DNA of 64,000 nt from Acutalibacteraceae bacterium (lineage in GTDB: Bacteria; Bacillota; Clostridia; Oscillospirales; Acutalibacteraceae): NCBI GenBank assembly GCA_045126895.1, contig JBGVPE010000020.1, positions 60,306 through 124,305 on the forward strand, given 5' to 3'. The notes under the pieces were generated by a model. The model saw nothing but the letters and a program-made list of their open reading frames with translations. It searched no databases and was not told the origin of the DNA. Positions within the stretch are counted from its first letter, which is position 1. Every line of letters starts with the position of its first letter. A program made the position numbers and the translations under genes. Of this stretch, positions 1-11,962 are shown piece after piece.

Positions 1-1291
1 ATTCAGGAGCTGTAAGACCGGCTGATTTACAGAATGAGGTGTACGCATAATATGCTCCCCTTGCAGTCCAGTGATGGTCTGTTCTGAAATAGATGTATTC
101 ATCAGATTTGGGAGCAATAGCTGAATAAGCATCAACTTTTATAACACCGGCATCCATTTTTGCATAAACCTTTTTGATTGCATCAAGCTGAGAGTGTTTG
201 CCTGTTGTATATGAATCTGTACCGTAAAACTCCACTGCAGTGGGAGCTATCAGAGAATAGAATTTCACACCCTCCGGCATAGCCTTAGCGGTTTTATTGA
301 CTATAGCTGCATATCTGTCGGCTGATTTTTCACCATATGTGAAAATTTCCATAGCTCTGTTACCGCTTAAAACAAGTGAGCCTTTTATTGATACAGGTTC
401 CTGAATTACAGGCTTGGTTGTGCTTTCTTCAACCTGAGTCTGTTCCTCTTCCGGCTGAGGTTTGTTGCCTAAATCAACACCTTCACCTGCAAAATCATCA
501 TCGGTTTTATCAACAGAAATAATAACATCACTGTTTTCCCCTGTTGAAAATCTTGTGAATACATCTTTAAGCTTACTGTTCACACCGATAAAAAATTCTC
601 TTCCGGGGAAATTATCTGAGTAATAATTTTCAAACTCAACTGTATACTTACCGTCAAAAAGCGTTGCAACACTGAATTCAGGTCTTTTGGCAAGAGTTCT
701 GTTTTCTGACTCTGAAACCAATTTATCTTTATCAAAAATACTTACTATGCCAAAGATAAGAAGAACTCCGACAAACAACACTGCTGATGCAGTATATAAA
801 ATTCTCAACCCGAGATATGACTTAGGCTTGTCAGCTTCATCAATTAACTCTTCCGGGTTTTCAATAACTTTTTCTTTAGATGACTCAAAGTTACTTTCAC
901 CGAAAAGCCTTATTAAAGTTTCTTCATCAGGGTCTTTTTCGTTAGCTGATTCAACTGCAATTTTAAAAGCCTGCATCATATCGGCAAACTCTTCTTTTTC
1001 CTGTTGCTCAAGAAGCTCCTGCTCATCCGGAGCTTCAGTTGAATCATCATTTTCAGCTTCGCTTTCAGTGTCGTCTTCTTTTGGAGCCTCATCGTTTTCA
1101 GTTGAATCTTCTGTGGATTTTTCGTCACTTTCCTGACAAGGTGATTGGGTAGTCACGTCCTGATTCGCAGCTTCATCGCCAGTTTCATCTTCCTGCTGAG
1201 TTTCTTCAGCAGTTTCAACCTGCACGTCAAGCTCGTTGTGCTTTTGTTCAAGCTGCTTTTGCTTTTTCTTTTTAGCTCTTTTTAATGACAT
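1..1291 (-). CDS. DHHW-family protein, partial (C-terminus lies beyond the window start); AlgJ/DltD-like partner of the adjacent MBOAT
   Basis: Absent from the ORF track because it runs off the window. My translation of the minus strand from ATG 1291 (RBS GGTGGTGAGAGG) stays open to base 1. It reads MSLKRAKKKKQKQ..., then a ~158-aa acidic tail, one TM helix (LRILYTASAVLFVGVLLIFGIV), then ...SDEYIYFRTDHHWTARGAYYAY, the DHHW signature. It starts 29 nt after the MBOAT stop. Confidence 0.8.
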   Translation of the reverse strand, partial: MSLKRAKKKKQKQLEQKHNELDVQVETAEETQQEDETGDEAANQDVTTQSPCQESDEKSTEDSTENDEAPKEDDTESEAENDDSTEAPDEQELLEQQEKEEFADMMQAFKIAVESANEKDPDEETLIRLFGESNFESSKEKVIENPEELIDEADKPKSYLGLRILYTASAVLFVGVLLIFGIVSIFDKDKLVSESENRTLAKRPEFSVATLFDGKYTVEFENYYSDNFPGREFFIGVNSKLKDVFTRFSTGENSDVIISVDKTDDDFAGEGVDLGNKPQPEEEQTQVEESTTKPVIQEPVSIKGSLVLSGNRAMEIFTYGEKSADRYAAIVNKTAKAMPEGVKFYSLIAPTAVEFYGTDSYTTGKHSQLDAIKKVYAKMDAGVIKVDAYSAIAPKSDEYIYFRTDHHWTARGAYYAYTSFCKSAGLTAPE

Positions 1292-1320
1292 ACCTCTCAC
1301 CACCTTTCAAAAAATTTGAT

Positions 1321-2727
1321 TTAAAATCTAAAATATAAGAACGGATTATATGTGGAGCCCACAAGAGCTGCCACACAAATAAACAATGTAATTAACTGAA
1401 AAATAATTGTTAAAATCTGCGCTGTTTCTTTGCCGAATTTTCTCTTTCTGATTCGGCTGATAATTTGCTTGACTGCATCAGATACCAACGGAGTTGATGC
1501 TATTACAGCAGCAACAATAAGTATTATTCTGTTAAGAACGGTTGTACCGTCACCTGCCTGAGCAAAACCGTTGAAGCCAAACATTGTTTTAAACAAACCG
1601 CCGACCTTTGATATATCTTCATAATAGAAAAATACCCAACCGAAAATAACCGCCAAAATCGAATACAAATGCTGAAAAAATGACGGCAGCTTTTCAAGCT
1701 TTTTGCCGTAAACTTTCTTTTCAAGAACAAGTAATACAAAATAGTAAAGTCCCCACAATAAAAAGTTCCAGCTCGCACCGTGCCAGAAGCCTGTGAGTGC
1801 CCACACAACAAACATATTAAGCAAATGGCGCTTACGGTTACCGCCAAGGGGAATATAGATATAATCACGGAAGAAAGAGCTCAATGTTATGTGCCAACGG
1901 CGCCAGAACTCTGTAATTGATTTTGAAATATAAGGGTAGCGGAAGTTTTCAGGGAAAGAAAATCCCATTATTCTGCCAAGGCCGATTGCCATATCCGAAT
2001 AACCTGAAAAATCGAAGTAAATCTGGAAGAAATATGCAATTATACCGAACCAACCCTGAACAGCAGAAACCTGTGACAAATCACCGTCAAGGAACATTGT
2101 TGCTGTTTCACCAAGGAAGTTGGCAAACACTGCTTTTTTGAAAAGACCTATTACAAACCGTGTTATGCCGTAAGAAATTTTGTCAAAGGTAACCGTTCTT
2201 ACTTCAATCTCTTTTTCTATATCACTGTAACGCACAATAGGCCCTGCAATAAGCTGAGGGAACATACTTACATAAAGAAGAAGCTTAGCGTAATTATTCT
2301 GGCACTTAACATCCTCCCTGTAAACATCAATAACATAAGACATCGCCTGGAAGGTGTAGAAAGATATACCTATAGGCAGAGCAATATTTGTTTTGAAATC
2401 CGAACCGAATAAAGAAAAAATATTCTCTGTAAAAAAGTTAAGGTATTTAAAGATTATAAGTGTGCTCAATGTAAGCACAATCGACAATATAAGCGCTGTT
2501 TTAGCTGCTTTAGTTCCTCTTTTACGGTCAATAATACGACCTGCCAAATAGTCGATAAGTGTAACCAGCAGCATAACAAAAATCCACTTGGGTTCACCCC
2601 ATGCATAGAAAAAAAGAGAAGCCGCAAGAACAACTATATTTTTCAGCCTGACACCCGGCACGAAATGTTGAGTCAGCAATACAACAGGCAAAAACATAAA
2701 CAAAAAGAATAAACTTGAAAATACCAA
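1321..2727 (-). CDS. MBOAT-family membrane O-acyltransferase (AlgI/DltB/PatA-like)
   Basis: 468 aa and polytopic. MBOAT blocks FWRRWHITLSSFFRDYIYIPLGGNR and TGFWHGASWNF (conserved His). Co-oriented with, and immediately upstream of, the DHHW gene. Confidence 0.9.
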   Translation of the reverse strand: MVFSSLFFLFMFLPVVLLTQHFVPGVRLKNIVVLAASLFFYAWGEPKWIFVMLLVTLIDYLAGRIIDRKRGTKAAKTALILSIVLTLSTLIIFKYLNFFTENIFSLFGSDFKTNIALPIGISFYTFQAMSYVIDVYREDVKCQNNYAKLLLYVSMFPQLIAGPIVRYSDIEKEIEVRTVTFDKISYGITRFVIGLFKKAVFANFLGETATMFLDGDLSQVSAVQGWFGIIAYFFQIYFDFSGYSDMAIGLGRIMGFSFPENFRYPYISKSITEFWRRWHITLSSFFRDYIYIPLGGNRKRHLLNMFVVWALTGFWHGASWNFLLWGLYYFVLLVLEKKVYGKKLEKLPSFFQHLYSILAVIFGWVFFYYEDISKVGGLFKTMFGFNGFAQAGDGTTVLNRIILIVAAVIASTPLVSDAVKQIISRIRKRKFGKETAQILTIIFQLITLFICVAALVGSTYNPFLYFRF

Positions 2728-2884
2728 ATGCCAAACCTCCCTAATATAATTTCATTAGAATATGATAATACTAAAAACGACAATATTCAAGTCTTTTTAC
2801 AAATAATTTATAATTAAAAATTTTACAGTTTTGGGGTTGTATTCATCAGCGACAGATTGTATAATCTATCTGAGGTGATTTACA

Positions 2885-3502
2885 GTGAAAACTTTCCTTT
2901 TTCAAGGGGATTCGATTACAGATGCCGACAGAGATCGCGACTGTGATGTTAAATTAGGTCTTGGATACCCAAACCTTGTTGCTGCTGAAATCGGCTTTAA
3001 ATACCCGGGTGAATTCAGATTTATCAACAAAGGTATAAGCGGTGACAGAAGCACTTCTGTTTATAACAGAATTTATACAGATATCATAAATCTTTCACCT
3101 GATTGCATGAGTATTCTGATCGGTGTTAATGACATCTGGCACGGTATCAACGGTGAAAACGGTGTTTCTGCCGAAAGATATGAGCAGATTCTCACCATGC
3201 TTATGGAAGATATTTTTGAAAAACTTCCTGATATTAAAATTGCAGTTCTTGAGCCTTTTGTTCTCAAAGGACCTGCAACCCAGGATAATTGGGATAAATT
3301 TGACACCGGCGTAAGAAATATTGCAAAAAAAGCAAAGGCGGTTGCTGACAAATTCGGTCTTATCTTTGTTCCTCTTCAGGATAAATTTGACGAACTCAGC
3401 AAAAAAGCGCCTGTTGAATGTTGGCTTACTGACGGTGTTCACCCTGCACCCGCAGGTCACGAATTAATTGCAAAAGAGCTTATCAAAGCTTTTGATTTAT
3501 AA
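2885..3502 (+). CDS. SGNH/GDSL-family hydrolase (esterase)
   Basis: 205 aa. GDSITD (block I Ser), GVNDIW (block III) and DGVHP (block V His). GTG start behind GAGGTGA. Confidence 0.85.
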   Translation: MKTFLFQGDSITDADRDRDCDVKLGLGYPNLVAAEIGFKYPGEFRFINKGISGDRSTSVYNRIYTDIINLSPDCMSILIGVNDIWHGINGENGVSAERYEQILTMLMEDIFEKLPDIKIAVLEPFVLKGPATQDNWDKFDTGVRNIAKKAKAVADKFGLIFVPLQDKFDELSKKAPVECWLTDGVHPAPAGHELIAKELIKAFDL

Positions 3503-3515
3503 GGAGGACTATATA

Positions 3516-4385
3516 ATGTTTAAATTTCCGGTTGGTGTAATTGTTGATTCATTCCGTTTACCTATACCTGAAGCAGTTAAAAAAGCTGCTTTGGTTGGTG
3601 CTGACGGTATTCAGGTTTATGCATCTAATGGTGATATGGCACCTGAAAATATGACTGCAGCTAAAAGAGCTGAGTTCAAAAATCTTGTTAAAGATAACGG
3701 TCTTGTTATCTCTGCGCTTTGCGGTGACCTTGGCGGCGGCGGATTTGTTCATAAAGATCAGAATCCTTTCAAGGTTGAAAAATCAAAAAGAATTCTTGAT
3801 ATGGCAAAAGAACTTGGCACTGATATCGTTACAACCCACATCGGTGTTGTTCCGCAGGATAAAAACTGTGACAGATACAAAATCATGCAGGAGGCTTGCT
3901 TTGAGTTAAGCTCATACGCTGACAGCATCGGTGCTCATTTCGCAGTTGAAACAGGCCCCGAAACATCTGCTATGCTCAAAGAATTCCTTGACTCTCTCGG
4001 CTCAACAGGCGTAGGCGTAAACCTTGACCCTGCAAACCTTGTTATGGTTACAGGTGATGACCCTGTTAAAGCAGTTTATAATCTTAAAGATTATATCGTT
4101 CATACCCACGCAAAAGACGGTGTTCAGAATTTCTACGTTCACCCTGACATAGTTTACGGTATGCCGGGCGCAAGAGAAGAACTTGCACTCGGTGAGCATG
4201 TAACAGATGCTGATTCATTTGAAGAGGTTCCGTTAGGTACAGGCAGCGTTCCGTTCCCTGAATACCTTGCTGCACTTGATGATATCGGCTACAAAGGCTT
4301 CCTCACAATCGAGAGAGAGGTCGGCGATGACCCTGCTAAAGATATTTCAATGGCAGTTGAATTTTTAAGAAATATAATCGGATAA
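3516..4385 (+). CDS. Sugar phosphate isomerase/epimerase (xylose-isomerase-like TIM barrel)
   Basis: Family-typical pattern (IQVYA..., VTTHIG, AVETGPE, NLDPANL, HAKD, TIERE). I moved the start to ATG 3516 behind AAGGAGG, because track start 3468 overlaps the upstream gene. Confidence 0.8.
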   Translation: MFKFPVGVIVDSFRLPIPEAVKKAALVGADGIQVYASNGDMAPENMTAAKRAEFKNLVKDNGLVISALCGDLGGGGFVHKDQNPFKVEKSKRILDMAKELGTDIVTTHIGVVPQDKNCDRYKIMQEACFELSSYADSIGAHFAVETGPETSAMLKEFLDSLGSTGVGVNLDPANLVMVTGDDPVKAVYNLKDYIVHTHAKDGVQNFYVHPDIVYGMPGAREELALGEHVTDADSFEEVPLGTGSVPFPEYLAALDDIGYKGFLTIEREVGDDPAKDISMAVEFLRNIIG

Positions 4386-4393
4386 TTCAGCAT

Positions 4394-4421
4394 AAAAACC
4401 ACCGGAAAGCCGGTGGTTTTG
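4394..4421 (+). terminator. Rho-independent terminator after the isomerase gene
   Basis: CCACCGG-aaag-CCGGTGG stem followed by TTTT. Confidence 0.7.
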
Positions 4422-4451
4422 TCTTTGTTGCCTCTTCAGCAAAGACAAATT

Positions 4452-4486
4452 AAAACCCTACGGCTCGGATGAACCGTAGGGTTATT
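4452..4486 (-). terminator. Rho-independent terminator after the GH2 beta-galactosidase gene
   Basis: ACCCTACGG ... CCGTAGGGT stem. On the minus strand it is followed by TTTTAATT. Confidence 0.65.
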
Positions 4487-4487
4487 T

Positions 4488-7658
<3,171 letters not shown>

Positions 7659-7757
7659 TTAACAGCATTTTAGCATATACATCCGGTTTTATCAATAAAT
7701 TATTGACCTTTTGTTGATATTCTGCTATAATTTTTTTAAAACAAGCGGAGGTTTTTT

Positions 7758-8699
7758 ATGTCTCAGATTAAAGAATACAAAGGTAAAAAAGGTTTTGATG
7801 TTATCAAAACAACCCATTTTGATATACAGAGAAAAATTGTTGCAAATATGACGAGCGAATCATGGGAGACTATCCCTCATTCAGCAATTCAGTATGAGCC
7901 TGATGTTACCGACTTTATGAATTATTATAAAGCAAACCTTAAAGCAGAAGGCGTTTCAATAAATACTCTTATGCTTAAGATTATGGTTGAAGGTCTTAAA
8001 GCCTGCCCCGATATGAACGGTCATATTGATTTCAAACGCCGTCTTGTAAAAGGTAAAATCGAAACATATAAAGATATCAATATTTCTATGCCTATGATTA
8101 TGCCGAACGGCTCAATGATGACTATAAATTTACATAACTTTGAAAGCCGCAGCCTTAAAGAAATGCAGGAATATATTGCTGATGTTAAACGCAGAATGGA
8201 AAAGACTGACCTTACTGAAGCTATGTTCTCTGTTTCTATGGACAACACACTTACTGCCTTGAAAAAATGCAAGTTTATAACTACTTTCGGCAGACTTATA
8301 GGTGCAAAGCTTGGCAAACACAAAGTAGTTACCCTTAAAGGTAAAGCTAAGAAAGAATATAACAATATCCCTGAAACCGACAGAATTGTTAAAGAAGATA
8401 TTGAGCAAGGTACAATAACCATAACAAGCACAGGCTCTGTTTATAACAAGGGGGCTTTCTGTGCAACTACTCTTATTGAAGTTATCCCACCGCAGATAAC
8501 AGCTATCGGTATCGGCTCTTTCTCAGAGAAGCCGGGTGTTGTTATTGATGAAAACGGTGAGAAACAGATAGCTATAAGGAATTATCTGCCTATTCTTCTT
8601 GCGTTTGACCACAGAGCACTTGACTTTGGTGAAATGTTACCTTTCCTCAAACGTCTTGATGATATTTTTGCAAACCCTGAACAAATGAAAAATTGGTAA
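7758..8699 (+). CDS. Stand-alone E2-type (2-oxoacid dehydrogenase, CAT-fold) acyltransferase catalytic domain protein
   Basis: 313 aa. C-terminal LAFDHRALDFGEMLPFLKRL matches the E2 catalytic DHRxxDG block, and the N-terminal part matches the start of the E2 catalytic domain (R..IA..M..S....PH). No lipoyl or subunit-binding domain is present. Confidence 0.7.
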   Translation: MSQIKEYKGKKGFDVIKTTHFDIQRKIVANMTSESWETIPHSAIQYEPDVTDFMNYYKANLKAEGVSINTLMLKIMVEGLKACPDMNGHIDFKRRLVKGKIETYKDINISMPMIMPNGSMMTINLHNFESRSLKEMQEYIADVKRRMEKTDLTEAMFSVSMDNTLTALKKCKFITTFGRLIGAKLGKHKVVTLKGKAKKEYNNIPETDRIVKEDIEQGTITITSTGSVYNKGAFCATTLIEVIPPQITAIGIGSFSEKPGVVIDENGEKQIAIRNYLPILLAFDHRALDFGEMLPFLKRLDDIFANPEQMKNW

Positions 8700-8747
8700 A
8701 TTCAAAGCCGATGCCCAACAACATCGGCTTGTTTAACAGGTGATTTT

Positions 8748-9560
8748 ATGAGTGAATTAAACAGTTCAATTTGTATAACTTCGGTAGCATCAACTGCATT
8801 GAATTTATTTGGTATTGATGTACCTGACAGCTTTGAAAAGCCTAACTGTATACTTCAGTCCCTTGCAGAAAAGAAAGCAAACGGATCTCCCGTTGACAGA
8901 GTGGTTCTTTATAACCCTGATGCAGTAGCTCTCTGGGTTTATCAGAAATATACACATTTATTTACAGACGCTCTTCTCTGCTCAGATGTTGCGCTGCCGA
9001 TGCTGTCGGTAATGCCCAGTGTTACCCCCGTTTGTTTCGGCTCAATGTATTCCGGTGTTATGCCTGATATCCATGGTATAAAAAGATACGAAAAGCCTGT
9101 ACTGACAGTTGACACTGTTTTTGACGAATTTATAAAAGCCGGCAAAAAAGCTGCCATTGTTTCAACAAGTAATGACAGTATTTCAATGATTTTTCTTAAC
9201 AGAGAAATGGATTATTTTATTTATGATTCTGTTGAAGAAGTAAACGAAAAAGCACTTGAGTTAATTGACGAAGATAAATATGACCTTATCGTAATTTATA
9301 ACGGTAATTATGACGGCACCATGCATAAGCACGGTCCTGAAGCAGACGAATCAATCAATGCTCTTAAAATGAATATTGCATATTATAAGCAGTTAGTTGA
9401 TAAAATCAATTCTCAATGGCAGAATCACAAGGTGTTTTACGGATTTTGCCCTGACCACGGGTGCCATGAAATTGATGGCGGTTGCGGTTCACACGGTCTT
9501 GATATGGAAGAAGATATGAACGTTATACATTTTTACGGAATTAAAAATAAAGTAGGGTGA
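8748..9560 (+). CDS. Alkaline-phosphatase-superfamily protein, nucleotide pyrophosphatase/phosphodiesterase (NPP)-like
   Basis: 270 aa. MPSVTPVCFGSMYSGVMPDIHGI parallels the NPP nucleophile block (TFPNH..L.TG..P..HGI). YNGNYDGTMHKHGPE parallels the D..GH..GP block. PDHGCHE and GSHG are distal metal ligands. No signal peptide. Confidence 0.6.
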   Translation: MSELNSSICITSVASTALNLFGIDVPDSFEKPNCILQSLAEKKANGSPVDRVVLYNPDAVALWVYQKYTHLFTDALLCSDVALPMLSVMPSVTPVCFGSMYSGVMPDIHGIKRYEKPVLTVDTVFDEFIKAGKKAAIVSTSNDSISMIFLNREMDYFIYDSVEEVNEKALELIDEDKYDLIVIYNGNYDGTMHKHGPEADESINALKMNIAYYKQLVDKINSQWQNHKVFYGFCPDHGCHEIDGGCGSHGLDMEEDMNVIHFYGIKNKVG

Positions 9561-9564
9561 TTTT

Positions 9565-11322
9565 ATGAAAAAAGGATTGGCTGTATTCACTGCATTGGCA
9601 ACAGCTGCAGGTGCTTATATGTTTAAAAAGAAGCAGACACCTGTTCAGACAGTAAAAAAACTGTCAAAATATGTAAAGCCAAATGACCAGAAAGGTGAAC
9701 CGTATAATAACGGTGTTGCCCTGACTCCGCCTATGGGTTGGTCAAGCTGGAATATTTTTGACAGACGAATTACTGAAGATTTAATTTATGAAACTGCAAA
9801 GGCAATGAAAGCAAGCGGATTACTTGACGCCGGCTATAACTATATCAACATTGATGACTGTTGGCAGTCTGCTTTAAGAGATGAAAACGGCAGACTTCAG
9901 AGTGACCCGGTAAGCTTCCCTTCAGGTATTAAAGCTTTAGTCAAAAAAATCAACGATTTAGGTCTTAAGGTTGGCATTTATTCATCAAACGGTACTCTCA
10001 CCTGTGAAGATATGCCTGCAAGCCTTGGCAACGAAATGCTTGATGCCCGTACTTTTGCAGAGTGGGGCGTTGAATATTTCAAATATGATTTTTGCCATCA
10101 CGTATATACATCAAGAGTTGCACCTCAGATTGAAAAAATCTCAATCAAAAACAGCGATATGGATAAAGAGGCTGTTTATCTGCCTGATGATGCAAAGCTT
10201 GAAGGTGATGCGAAGATTTTAAGAGACGGTGACCTTATCGAAGGTGAATATATCACCGGTCTTTCTGACGGTAACGGATGTGCAACATTCTATAATGTTA
10301 AAGCTGACCGTGACGGAGAATATGTTCTTACTCTTTATATGAGAAAAAAGAGCAAGGTTGCAAAGCATATTGAGATTCTTGTAAATGATGACAACCACTA
10401 TTCAGCAGATATACCTGAAGCTAATTTTGCACATCCGACAGGTAAACACCACATCAATATCCGTCTTAAAACAGGCGAAAATAAAATCAAGCTTTATAAC
10501 CCTATTGCTTCTGTTATGGACAGCACTGCCCTTCAATACAAATACATGGGTCAGTGCCTGAAAAAAGCAACAAAAGAAGTTGCTCAGGCTAACGGCACAG
10601 AAGAAAAGCCTATTGTTTACTCAATTTGTGAATGGGGCCTCAATATGCCTTGGAATTGGGGCAGCACTGCAGGTAACCTCTGGCGCACTACCCCTGACAT
10701 CAAAGCAAACTGGGCATCAATTGTTGCCATTTATGAATTCAATGTTAATTTGTGGAAGCATGCAAAACCCGGCGCATGGAATGACCCTGATATGCTCGAG
10801 GTAGGCAACGGCTCACTCACTTATGAAGAAAACAAGAGTCATTTCTCTCTTTGGTGTATGATGGCTGCTCCCCTTATTTTAGGCAACGATGTGCGTCATT
10901 TTGTTTTCCCTGACGGTACAGCCGATAAAGACGATAAAATATTAAAAATCGTTACCAATAAAAATCTTATTGCTGTTAATCAGGACCCTTCAGGTATTCA
11001 GGCAAGAAGAATCAAAGCGTCCCTTACACACGACATTCTTGTAAAGCCATTGAGTGACGGCAGTTTTGCTGTATGCTTCTTTAATAAATCAAAAGAAGAT
11101 AAGCTTATCATCTTAACTATGGATGAGTTAGAGAAAAAGCTTTCTGACGACAGCGATTCATCAGGTATCTGGGGCGGCACCAAATTCGAAGTCGGATCTG
11201 ATTCTAAAGAATATGAAGTTGAGAATCTCTGGAACGGAACAAAATTCGATATCGATTATGCTTTAACAGAAACCGTTGCACCTCACGGTGTTGCAGTTTT
11301 TAAAATCAAAGAGAAAGACTAA
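9565..11322 (+). CDS. GH27 alpha-galactosidase with an N-terminal membrane anchor and an inserted beta-sandwich (CBM-like) module
   Basis: PPMGWSSWN, INIDDCW, YFKYDFC (nucleophile Asp), ICEWG, WRTTPDI (acid/base Asp) and NDPDMLEVGN. About 170 aa separate the KYDFC and CEWG blocks, where I recall only a few tens of residues in typical GH27 enzymes. N-terminal hydrophobic helix. Confidence 0.85.
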   Translation: MKKGLAVFTALATAAGAYMFKKKQTPVQTVKKLSKYVKPNDQKGEPYNNGVALTPPMGWSSWNIFDRRITEDLIYETAKAMKASGLLDAGYNYINIDDCWQSALRDENGRLQSDPVSFPSGIKALVKKINDLGLKVGIYSSNGTLTCEDMPASLGNEMLDARTFAEWGVEYFKYDFCHHVYTSRVAPQIEKISIKNSDMDKEAVYLPDDAKLEGDAKILRDGDLIEGEYITGLSDGNGCATFYNVKADRDGEYVLTLYMRKKSKVAKHIEILVNDDNHYSADIPEANFAHPTGKHHINIRLKTGENKIKLYNPIASVMDSTALQYKYMGQCLKKATKEVAQANGTEEKPIVYSICEWGLNMPWNWGSTAGNLWRTTPDIKANWASIVAIYEFNVNLWKHAKPGAWNDPDMLEVGNGSLTYEENKSHFSLWCMMAAPLILGNDVRHFVFPDGTADKDDKILKIVTNKNLIAVNQDPSGIQARRIKASLTHDILVKPLSDGSFAVCFFNKSKEDKLIILTMDELEKKLSDDSDSSGIWGGTKFEVGSDSKEYEVENLWNGTKFDIDYALTETVAPHGVAVFKIKEKD

Positions 11323-11915
11323 TCTTTCAGCTTTTCAATCAATTCAATAATTTTAAAACGGGGTTCGTATCTGGGATTTTTTTCAACGATACGGACTCCT
11401 TTTTCATCCAACACATCATCAATATCTGTATGAACTCTTGCTGCAGAAAGGCATAAAGACGGGAACATTACACACCACCAGTTCTGACCTTGACCTTCAT
11501 CTATAACTACCCTGACAGCTAAATATTTACCTGCGGGTAAGGTAATATCTTCATATGTTCTTGTATTAAAAAATTCCCGTGATAAAGTTACATCAACATC
11601 ATAATTGCAGCCATTTTCTCTGACAGTTTTTTCTGCTGCTGATTCTAATTCATGAAGTCGCGGCGTCAGTTTTTCAACCGCATTATCAACATTAACACTG
11701 CCGTCAAAAATATCTGCACCTGCAGTGAGCACAGCATCTCTTACTTTTAATTTTAATGCCTGATCAGCATCAGTGTCAGATGCAGCAATAACATGAAGCC
11801 TTAAAACACTTTGACGGATATCTTCACAATCTGAAGCAAAACCAACTATACTTAAAACCATTGATAATATGATACCGATAACAATCGACAGTCTGATTTT
11901 TTGTGATAATTTCAA
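11319..11915 (-). CDS. spoIIR: Stage II sporulation protein R
   Basis: 198 aa. Signal anchor, then LRLHVIAASDTDADQALKLKVRDAVL, the hallmark SpoIIR block, and WWCVMFPSLC. Confidence 0.85.
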   Translation of the reverse strand: MKLSQKIRLSIVIGIILSMVLSIVGFASDCEDIRQSVLRLHVIAASDTDADQALKLKVRDAVLTAGADIFDGSVNVDNAVEKLTPRLHELESAAEKTVRENGCNYDVDVTLSREFFNTRTYEDITLPAGKYLAVRVVIDEGQGQNWWCVMFPSLCLSAARVHTDIDDVLDEKGVRIVEKNPRYEPRFKIIELIEKLKD

Positions 11916-11962
11916 AAAAATTCCTCCCTTACTTTTAAAAGTGTGGGAGGAAATTTATATTT

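Noticed and set aside
687-1136. 149-aa Ser-rich ORF on the + strand
   Set aside because: It is low-complexity and lies exactly antisense to the acidic (GAA/GAT-rich) tail of the DHHW gene, which has an RBS, a TM helix and the DHHW motif in frame. It is a mirror-frame artefact.
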